From Tubiluchus corallicola (lineage: Eukaryota; Animalia; Priapulida), in the NCBI GenBank assembly GCA_030141605.1, contig JAQGDQ010000258.1, forward strand, positions 186,001-250,000: a stretch of DNA of 64,000 bases, in the 5' to 3' direction. Of the stretch, positions 54,001 to 64,000 are shown one piece after another (within the stretch, counting starts at the first letter, position 1; each line of letters begins with the position of its first letter). A model generated the notes under the pieces. The model searched no databases. It was not told the DNA's origin and was given only the letters and a program-made list of their open reading frames with translations. Position numbers and translations under genes: made by a program.

Positions 54001-57000
54001 GGAAAAGCGGACCATGACAATGGTAAATTGTATTGAAAATGGCGCATCGGGCACAAAAGTTCAATAAGTGAGTAACCCAATGCTTTGTTTTCCAGACTAG
54101 TTTGTAGGACAAATTGTCTATTGTCAGCAAATGTTTAAGTTGAAGATGACATGAAGTTTATTTGTTCCAAATGCTAATAATATGGATACAGCGATATTTT
54201 TTTTACAGAAGAACACATTATAAGTTAGAGGTAATACAATCTTAAATAAGATATAAACAATGAATTATAATGAGCAGCACAAATGATTGTTGATTCGGAT
54301 CGAAAGATAAGTTTGTGAGATTTGAGCCAAACAGGAAAGTGCAAGATAAAAAGAATGAAAGTCTAAAGGGTCATGAAAATGTGATGGTGGCTGAATAATG
54401 AAGAATAAAAAGATGAAAGGATTAGATTTACATGAAAATTTTAATTGCAACAGCGAGCAAATGATTTTTTTCATGTCTTAAACACGTGTAACAACATGTG
54501 GAGACGTTCTCATAAACAGACGTATAAATTTACAGCTAAACGAAAATGAAACTTACAAACCTTTAAAGAGGTACAGCTTTCCGTTTCTACCCCAGATGAA
54601 GGCGGCGTCCACCTTTCTCAGTGGAATCTTAAACTCCGCATTAATTGATTTGGGATAACCCCTCATTACTCTTAAATTAGCGTTCAGCTTGTATACACGA
54701 TAACTCTGAAATAAACTCATACATAAATGAACAATCGAAAGTATTAATGGTGTAATTGCATAGCTTGCGATATTAACGGGGATGACAATCAAATCATCTA
54801 GTATTTTATCGATATAATAAATGTGAAATTTTAAGTTTATTTCAAGTCAGGTCAAGTTTACTACAGGCCAGTTGGTTTATTTATGAACTTAAAATTCATT
54901 TCATTTACAAGTTTTCTTATTTTAATTATTGTCTAGGCAACTTCGGTAAGAAAAGAAATTTTAACTTTTTATACCGATGGTAGTAAGTACGCTTAATTAA
55001 TTTCTTGCTAACTTGTTGATTATCTCAAACCTCCACACACTCGGTCGTCTAAAACGTTATCACTTGGTGATTACTTATAGGACGTTCAGATGTAGAGATT
55101 TCTCTCGCAACGTGTTGCGCAACTTCTTTTTGACTCTGAGAGTAAAGTTGCACGTGTAAACGGTGATTGCAAACTCAGCGAGAGTTTCCGAGAGTTAACC
55201 TCCGCAATAAGCTTGGAGAGAAGTTGCCAAGCCGTTCACACGTGCAACTTTACTCTCAGAGAGAAGTTGCGAGAGAAGTCTCTACGTCTGAATACGCCAT
55301 TACCTTGTATTGATACCGACAGTCTGGACATGATTTAGTGAAATTTGACTGCTTCGCTTTGGGTTTAATGCTAATAAGTGTCAATTTTGTTTATAACATC
55401 AGCTATACAACGGCAGAAAAATTGGAAAGCATTCTTTCCGTTATACCATTAGAATTTTAAAACAATTTCTCTAGAAGTCCTGTAATAAATGAAATAAATT
55501 TCTTACTCTGATAAGATACAGGTAAGTAGCAGTTGTTGTTTTCATTTCAAAAGCCGCATCTACTTCAAAGTTACTGGGTAATCCAGTGAAAACTTGTGTA
55601 ATGCGTTTTGGTGATGTGAATGTGTACTGATCGTCCATTGTATACACATGCCGACCTGAATGAAAAACTTGCAATTAATTTAGTGATCAAAAGGTCAACG
55701 TTTAAAATTATAGTAGTTGTTCCTATCTGCTCAAAGCAGTGCTGAAATTTATGTATCTTTATTTATGGGCGAATTTATAGCTGAATGGTCACGATATGTT
55801 TTTGGCTGTGAAATTATGCAGTGTTAGGGCTGGTTGGATGGGTGTCTGTTGGCAAAATTGTTTCTGGGCGTTTCTCCTGTCGTACTGCCTTTGGCTATTT
55901 TTCACACCAAGAATAGATGAACACTCAGCTGTGCGTGGTTAACACATATCTGCTGGTTTTTATCTCATTTTAGAGTATAATCATTGTTGTATAGGATCCA
56001 GTCCTGCCAATGTCATTCGCTGTTAGTAATAGTGTTGCGCTTTGGCTCAGCTGCGCCTGCAACAATAGACACATGGAACAATAGCTTGATAAGTGAACAA
56101 GTTGGGAAAGTTTAGGAATGAGCAGATGAGAGGAAAAAGAGTCGTCAGATGATCAAACGCCACTGTAACAATAGGCTGCAGTTCTGAATTCTTATTTGAT
56201 TCGTAAATTGACGTAAAATGCAATTTATATTTGCATAATTGAGTTTTTCCTTCCATGTAATCTGTTTTTGTACATTCACATATAAGCATATCAGCACAGT
56301 TCTGCTGGGCTGTTTTTTCTGGAGCACCCTGTACATGATGTTTCTTTGATGATTCCTTGCTACTTGCAGTCAGAATGAAACATTTTCGTTTTCAGTTTTG
56401 TGAAAATATCTTAGTTATGTTTGGCTAGTACACAATGTCTGCATAGTTATAGATCTAATGTCTGGCTAGTGGCTTTTAGTAGTGGGACCAGAGTTTTTGT
56501 TTTTGGTTTTTAAAAGTAATGCAACTAAAATAATAAAATTCACGTTACTCCTAATTTAAATGTTAAATAAATAAATCTAAATCTAAAAAAATCTAAGAGC
56601 ATGTAAATTCTTAAAGACGAAAATAACAATTTCCTACCTCTGAAGGCGTACGTTTGCCCGTTAGGAGCCACCGTAACTGCATCGATCAATCCACTGCATT
56701 CGAACGGATTTGTGGGTGGGGTCGAGGGAGGAGGCGGTCGAGGGGTAGTAGTTGTCGTCGTCGTTGTCGTTCTTCTTGTTGTTGTAGAACCTTGTTCGTC
56801 GATTCCTGATTTACCTAAATAGTACAGCAATAAGTGATTATCTAGCTAAAAACTTTCTCAGCTTTCAAAAAGTTGTACTTTTTGCATAATGGAGCAGTTT
56901 GTTTATTTAAAATTCTATATTATTTTCTCATGCGTTTCAGCAGTGCTGTTTGTTGGCAAGAAAGATAAGATAAAATTTGCTTAAAGTAGTTCATTTACAT

Positions 57001-60000
57001 GTATAACATGAGCTGTTAGCTCTTTGTCGACTATATTATAATAAGTTACTGCTTTATCTAAAACTTTTCAAGCCTAAAACCTAAACTAGCCTAAAATTAC
57101 ATAAAACAGTAGAAACTACATTCCTTACAAGAGAAAAATAAATACTAAATTATTACTTTAGTACGGTATCTACATTACATGATTTCCGAGTAAAACCTAA
57201 ATTAATTAACAATGAAGACATGTACAGTAAAAGCGTTTAAAATTTTGAGTAAACTTCATGAAATCGAAAGTAAAATTGCAAGATAATTGTACAAGAACTA
57301 GAATACGCTTGTAATTGCAAGTCATATAATCTAATTTAAGCTGTAGTTGCCAAGTTAGTGTAATACACGAAATATTTTCTTTCTAAGCGATTTATGTTCT
57401 ATGTTTGTATGTGTTTGCACAGTATTTACACGATTTGGAAACAAAACTGATAATCATATAGGCCTCTAAAATAAAACTACAGTCATACAGGTACAGAGCT
57501 ACTATTGCACTGGATACCCTTGTAGTTTTCTTGAAAACTACGGCTCTTACCAAGCGTACAATACAATTCAAACCGTTCTGTTACTGATTATTGTCAATGT
57601 TATGTCATTTGGGCTGTCTCCAAAATGCACCCTTTGGGCCACACCCCCGGCCCCGCCCTTTCAGCTAACAGTTGCAAAGCTTGAACTAATCTCAAATTGA
57701 GACAAGCTTTTATACATCGGTATACAGCTTTAATAAAAGTAAAATTAACCAGACATCTTAGAACTTGAAAATTGCTTTAAAAGTAGACTATAAAACAAAT
57801 CGGAAATCATTTTGCTTCTTGATTACATTTTTGTTTGAGCTAGTCTTTCACAGTTGTACTTTTTGGCGCTATTTTGTTAAGACGCTTAGACAAATTTTTA
57901 ATTATAAAGTGTCAGCAATATAATTATCTATGCACACTGAATTTATTCAGTCGATTATAAATCAACACTCAAGTAGGGCACTTCACTCTTGTAAAATCCA
58001 ATAAAATGCTTTTCTACCAAGCTTTCGAATTTTAAAAATCTTTCATTGGGGTACTGAAATTTATTTATGGAGCCCCCGAAGAGCCATGTAGAGAAAAATT
58101 GCTAATTCGTGCGCAGGAAACACTAATTCGTGGCCAAGAGTTAGTAATTGTTCTCAACCTGGCCCTTCGGGGGCTCCATAGAAATTGAAAATATGGAAGA
58201 CAATAAAAGGAAATGAAATCAAACTAGCAAAAATAGGTATACTAACCGTATAATTGCTGAATAGCTGTTATGTCATCATTGTGTAATTTTAGATTAGGAT
58301 CATAACCAGTGCTATAAGGCCACATGATAGAACCTTTTACATCGGAATGTAACAGTCCTAAACTATGACCAAATTCATGAACGGCGACGGATAGCATGTT
58401 CACGCCTATAAAAATTACCACAGACAATTTTTTATTTTATATTATTATAATTTAGTTTTGAGATATGGTCACAACTTAAATAATTATGGCAACGATATAT
58501 GAAACCGCTTCTCCTAGGTGCAAAAAATGCCATACTGAACAACAATAGGAGTTGAAAATATAAATATTACAGAAATTTTTTTGATTTTTGTTTCTCCGTC
58601 GAACATTCTTTCTCTAACTATCATAATCATTTAGTCTAGAACATGTTTATATTATTAAGAATATGTAATCCGGGCAAATAAAAGTACTAGATGATTATAA
58701 TAGTTTGAGATAATTCCTTGCGGGACAACACGTCAAAAAGTCTCTCTTTTGCGTTTGAATAGACATAATTCGCCATACTTTAATTTCTCTTTGCAACTGG
58801 AATCAACTATTTTCCACTCACCTTGTCTAGTATTCAGCGTCCAAGTCTCAGAATCATCGAAATGTGCATCACCTGCTAGCCCTGGCTGTCCACCATATGG
58901 GAAATAAGCGTGAGCCAGGGTGCCGTAAGGTCCGTCAAAAGGACTGCCGTCATTGTGGTCACCAGCTTCAAATCGAATCTCGATGTCCGGTCTCCCGGAT
59001 GTTTCGGTTATTCGCAAAGGCGTTACAGTTGTCCAGTGCTGTTGAAATAACAAATGTTGGTTTCCTAGTTTCCTTCACTCAGTCTGGCGACCAGTCTCTA
59101 ACTGTATATCAGATGATAGAAGGGACTTTGTGTGGGGACCAGGGGATTACTTGGGTGGCAGTAAGCCTTGTGGGCGGCACAGGCCAATTTGTGGGACCCA
59201 CCCTCCAAAACCCCTGTTAATGTAAATTTGTGCATGGCAAGCAAGAGGCTATTTCATGTTGCATTCATGCAGGTATTGAACATTTACTTTGCCTAGTGTT
59301 ATTCTACGGATCATTTTGTTCATTTGCTTAATAGTAGAAAAAATTTTGAATGGCCCGTCATCGCTCGCTGGTCTAATCGCTGTCCCATTTCAGACTAGCC
59401 CAAAAACCTGACTGAGCGAACGAAGACAATTTATGAGCCTTGAGCTCCAGGTCTATATCATTTTTTATCAAAAAGTGCTCGTACACACATAACTCCACAT
59501 CATCTATAAGCAAAAAAAAAGAAAACGAAGTACATGCTGCTGTTTAAATAACAGCAGAGAAACTAAGAAAGCGAAAGTTAAAAACCAAGAAACCACTAAC
59601 ATGGAAGGCTTCTTTCACTGTTTCCTTTATTTCTTGTTGTGACAAGTCTCTTGAGTACTTGGTAATTTTGAAAGTTATGTCTTTGTTCGGCCACGATGTA
59701 CCTGCAATCGGACAAGAAAATATATTTGTATATACGTATTAAAACTTTATTTGCCAGATAAAACAGATGAAAACAATAAAATCATTGCAAATTCATTATT
59801 CAGTAATAAAGATTAAAAAACCAACACTGCTTAATGGCAAATGCGTTTGGTGCAAATTATAGTAGTAATTCCACAAAGTGAAAGTTACTCTGCGAAGTAT
59901 TAATTAAATTATGAATAATAATAAAATGTGAATAAAATTAATCACAGAATATGTATCATTGGCTAGCTGGTTCAGGTAATGTAAACACTACGTTACGCAT

Positions 60001-62262
60001 ATTACCTTGTAGAGCGTATCTTTTTGCTCTCCCAGATGTTCCTTGAACGTCTGTCAAACCACATCGAGGTTTATTCATCCATTCTATAGTTGTGCCATCC
60101 AGCTTCCCTATAATACAAACCAAAATAGTGTTAACATTAGACGTAGACTATGCTGCCATTATCATTATTTTATTATTGTCATCGTCACTTACATAATAAT
60201 CGTCATCATAGTCATCGTCGCTGTTGCCATCGTCTTTTTCGTTATCATTGGTATTATCATGCTGCAGGAAGGCATCAAGAGAATGTGAGACAAAAGTGAA
60301 AAGAATTATTATTCTGATGTAGGTGACATACAACATTGTATCTATTTCAGCAATGTTTCTGATGTAGTTGGCATACAATGTTGTACCTGTTTCTGGAATG
60401 ATTCCGATGTAGTTGACGTGCAATGTTGGGCCTGTTTCTGGAATGTTTCTGATGTAGTTGGCATACAATGTTGTACCTGTTTCTGGAATGATTCCGATGT
60501 AGCTGACGTGCAATGTTGTACCTATTTCAGGAATGTTTCTGATGTAGCTGACATGCAATGTTGTACCTATGTCTGGAACGTTTCTGATGTAGTTGGCATA
60601 CAATGTTGTGCCTGTTTCTGGAATGTTTCTGATGTAGTTGGCATACAATGTAGTGCCTACTTCTGGGATGTTTCTGATGTAGTTGACGTGTAATGTTGTG
60701 CCTGTTTCTGGAATGTTTCTGATGTAGTTGACATGCAATTTTTGTGCCTACTTCCGGGCTGTTTCTGATGTAGGTACGTGCAGTATTGTACCTGTTTCCG
60801 GAATGTTTTTGGTGTAGTTCACGTACAATGTTGTACCTGTTTCTGGAATGTTAGCAATCCTCTGAAAATTGAGAATGGCGTCCTCCAGGTCCGATTGTTC
60901 CCTTATTCTCACGGAGTTATCCCCAAAACTAGCTGTGTTCAAATAGCCAAAATGTTCCAAGTACCTCTGCAAATGAATGTTTTACTTTAAATTGTACGTA
61001 ACGTTTAAGACTAAAAACGCCAGAGAGATTAAAATGTTATTATTGTGCCACTATTAACAAAATGATTGCGTCTCTGTAATAGTTATAAATTGTAAACAAT
61101 AAATCACAAAAAATGGGTGAACTATTAATGTTAAATCTGGAACTGCCTTAATTACATTGCATACAATTATGTGAAGTTGTAACTCGAGCCACTGATTACA
61201 ATCCAGGCTCACTTTCGATTTTGTCACAGTTTATTCTTTCAGCCAAAGTTGGCTTCAAAAATTTAATAAATTGTGGGTCTGTTAAAAAAATGTATGAGGT
61301 ATACATATTGATTTGCCCTTTTTGCTAAGCCGTATCCAAACGAAGCAGCATATCTGTTGAAGTAACAACATACAAAATACAAAATTAAACTCGTTTATCT
61401 CATAGCCATGCAACATGAAAACCCTGACGAGAAGCCACCAAGGCGGAAAGCTCTGTAAGGAGACAATTTTCGTTCCACTTAGAGTATTATTACAAAAACT
61501 ACAGATTTCATGTGGTTTTCTAATAATTTAGAAACATGTGAATTCCCCCGTTAGAAGTTGCATTTCTTCTAATTGTAGCGCTGCTTTTTATTTTCCAGTA
61601 AAGGTTTAAAGAAGTATTAAGTAAAACTTTTGAATAAATAAACATTAGCGACATTTTGTGTAACTAGTTTCTATGATTTACAGTAATGAAAATAAATTTT
61701 GTTGGTTCGCGTATCTGGCGCTTACAAAAAGTTTGCCTAGTTGCGTTTCTGTTCATAAAACAAGAAAGACATTTTTGTACAGACGTTTTTAGACCCCAAT
61801 CACAATCATCAAACAGATTTTTTTCGTCATTTTCTTGACGTAATGGTTGGATAAATGTAATGTATTTATGATGTGAAACAGGTCTGCTGTGGGCATAGAA
61901 ACCCACAAAAATGAGCTACTGGATGTGGGTCACAGTAAAATATCTTGTATTTATGAACACCAACCCAACCGCCCAATTCCCAAGGAAACTTGTACACTGT
62001 GTACCTTTTGATACGCTTTAGCTACCGAAAAAAGTGTTTTTTTAAGTAAAACTGAATTCACATGTCAAAATATTAATTACCAGTACAAGAATTATTAACA
62101 TCGTCTTACCTCAGCTTGGTAAGCATCTTTTACATTTTTCGCGGATTTAGGAGCATCTATTGATCTATCGGTCACTCTGACCCTTCCTTTTCGAGGGTCC
62201 GTCGGTGCAGCATTCGTCAAACACAACAAACCATACAAAACAATCAACCCTACTAACTTCAT
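51041..62262 (-). CDS. Matrix metalloproteinase (M10A), secreted, furin-activatable, with hemopexin domain (551 aa)
   Basis: Exons 62262-62110, 60966-60837, 60107-60006, 59701-59601, 59038-58822, 58405-58247, 56814-56638, 55655-55507, 54705-54561, 51520-51384, 51226-51041; 1656 nt. Signal peptide, YLEHFGY, cysteine switch [35 protein letters not shown], Met-turn IMWP, Thr/Pro hinge, four hemopexin blades ending WFSC. Confidence 0.95.
52989..53676. mobile_element. MITE / non-autonomous DNA element, copy 2, with ~32-bp inverted ends
   Basis: GCGCCGAGCGACCCACTAGCCGAAGTAGGACA (52989-53020) and TGTCATACCTCGGCTAGTGGGTTACTCGGCGC (53645-53676). Interior homologous to 36885-37650. Confidence 0.82.
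55080..55298. mobile_element. Palindromic MITE, probably PIF/Harbinger-like
   Basis: GGACGTTCAGATGTAGAGATTTCTCTCGCAAC and GTTGCGAGAGAAGTCTCTACGTCTGAATACGCC; inner arms CTCTGAGAGTAAAGTTGCACGTGT / ACACGTGCAACTTTACTCTCAGAG. Confidence 0.82.
58066..58180. mobile_element. 115-bp MITE
   Basis: TATGGAGCCCCCGAAGAGCCA and TGGCCCTTCGGGGGCTCCATA; internal CTAATTCGTG repeats. Confidence 0.8.
60312..60851 (-). repeat. 45-bp minisatellite (about 12 units) derived from the MMP exon 2/intron 2 junction
   Basis: Minus-strand unit approximately AACATTCCAGAAACAG|GTACAACATTGTATGCCAACTACATCAGA; the first copy includes the real exon end and donor at 60837/60836. Confidence 0.96.
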
Positions 62263-62324
62263 CTTCAAAAGAAAGTATTATGTGTGCAGCGCTTCGAGTA
62301 TGCTAAATGAGTTCTTAAGCCAGC

Positions 62325-62331
62325 TTATATA
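62325..62331 (-). promoter_or_regulatory. Candidate TATA box of the MMP gene
   Basis: TATATAA on the minus strand about 63-69 nt upstream of the ATG at 62262, compatible with a short 5'UTR. Confidence 0.55.
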
Positions 62332-63105
62332 GATTTGTGATTTTATAGCCCGGGGAAATAACTTTGCAAACTTGTAGACCGGACATGCTTCTTATCTGAG
62401 TCTGTGTGTTTGGGGCAAAACCATGCAGAACGGCATCCATTGGCGTAGGCTCAAATTCAACAAATTAATTCTTAATTAATGCAAAATTCTGTTCAGGAGA
62501 CACAAACGCCATTTATTTCCCAATTTTTTTGCATGCTTCATTATTAAAACGGACATTATTTGTAATTAATGTAATGCATTGTTTGTATAGCTTTTCTTGG
62601 AGCAGCCTTTACACGCCCACACCTGTGCACACAGTACTTTCCGTTTCATAGTGTTGATATTAGACATATATAGGTCTATAATTAACAATCAAGATGTAAG
62701 TTGTTTGATTTAGTTTGCTTTGTAGTATAGAACCTAAGACGAATTGTGGCCATTCCTGAGCAGTTATCAAAAATTTAAATAGCTTGCTGAGCATTGTTCA
62801 GAATATTTTGACAAGTTTATACAATATTACGTATAAGTACCAAAATAAATGGCGGCACCATTTGATACATTTTTAGCATTGTTGAAAACAATGACTTTGC
62901 AAAAATTTGGCAGTGGCTTTCATTATAAATGTTCCTCATTTGTGTGATAGGCTAGACTTCCCACATTTGCGTTCACAAATTGTAGTTCGCAGTAATCATG
63001 AATAAACTAATCACAACTATAAAAAATTACAATTATCTTTTAGGTGCTGTTTTGATCACATACGTATCCCTACATTAAAGCACTATTAATTAAAAAATAT
63101 AAAAC

Positions 63106-63180
63106 ACTTCACTGCACTGGGACTCGAACCCAAGGCCTTCTCTTCCCGGGCAGCTATGCTAACCATTATGCCACAGAAGC
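63106..63180 (-). pseudogene. tRNA-derived sequence (pseudogene or SINE head)
   Basis: GCTTCTGTGGCATAATGGTTAGCATAGCTGCCCGGGAAGAGAAGGCCTTGGGTTCGAGTCCCAG: good A box, B box and T arm, but anticodon and acceptor stems do not pair properly. Confidence 0.65.
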
Positions 63181-64000
63181 TCTTGTCTTTTCAGGCTCAG
63201 TTGCCGTTCAGTGATAAGGATGTGAAAAAATGGTGGCTAATGTTGCATTAACAAAAGTTCCGCAAAATATTATGTGCAGTAATATCTACACAAGTATAAT
63301 CTAACGTGACATCAAAAAGATGCGAACACTTTACGTAGTTTCATATTTACAGAGTTTCTCCTTTAAATAGGTAAGTGAGTGAGTGAGTATGTAAGTAAGT
63401 AAGCAGTCAATTAAGCAACAAGGTAAGTAAGTAAATCGATGTGATCTTACATCTTAAAAATCGACGCAGTAAGCACCTTATAATTTATACTCATAATAAA
63501 CAATGAATAATCGATAACGTAATGACAATACCTATATAAGTTACACATAGAATAATTCTCCTAACGTAAGTTTCCGAAATGAAACTTGTAATTATATAGT
63601 CACCATTTCTGCCAGGTTAAGGCGATCTTATTTTGCTTTCAAACCAAAGAGTATAACTTTAAAAAACGGGCGAAATACCCCAAAATTGGCGTTCTAATTC
63701 CCATTTTTCTCGGTAAGGCCCCGATTCGAAAAATAAAATATATTAGGCCTAGTGAGTCGACACCAGATCGAGACATTTCTTTTTATATTTGAATTGTTGA
63801 AAAAAGTGGAGCCGCGCATCCCTACTGTCGAAACCATTTTTATAATCACTACATCTATACTTACACTTATAACTGTACATGTATATGCCTAATAATATAT
63901 CACATACATCTGCATTTATATCTATATTCTTAATTAGATAACTGGCCAGATAGCTGTATAGATATAGATATAGATATAGACTTAAATATCTACATAGGAT

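Noticed and set aside
60148-60738. 196-aa repeat ORF ([13 protein letters not shown])n and antisense Cys-rich ORFs as an independent gene or CRISPR-like array
   Set aside because: By-product of a 45-bp stop-free tandem repeat inside MMP intron 2. Units are contiguous with no unique spacers, and the context is eukaryotic with no cas genes.
63106-63180. Functional tRNA gene
   Set aside because: Anticodon and acceptor stems do not form; kept only as pseudogene or SINE head.

Overview
AT-rich animal genomic DNA, probably invertebrate, with spliceosomal GT-AG introns; most entries in the supplied ORF track are exon fragments or noise. Joining exons by hand (phases checked) gives six protein-coding genes: the last coding exon of an ERK-type MAP kinase (+), two tandem RDH11/12/13-like short-chain dehydrogenases (-, 6 exons each), UBE2L3/UbcH7 (-, 4 exons), TADA2A (+, 9 exons) and a secreted furin-activatable matrix metalloproteinase (-, 11 exons). 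Introns and intergenic DNA hold L2, CR1 and RTE LINE remnants, a Tc1/mariner remnant, MITEs and foldbacks, a Helentron-type element, tRNA-derived SINEs, microsatellites and three degenerate hammerhead-ribozyme-like motifs. The most unusual structure is a 45-bp minisatellite built from the MMP exon 2/intron 2 junction, giving an array of 12 splice-donor copies of which only the first two can yield an open protein. Also notable: cofactor-site divergence between the SDR paralogues, a duplicated membrane anchor in one of them, and possible ancient ERK-UBE2L3 linkage. Family calls come from motif recognition, not database searches.
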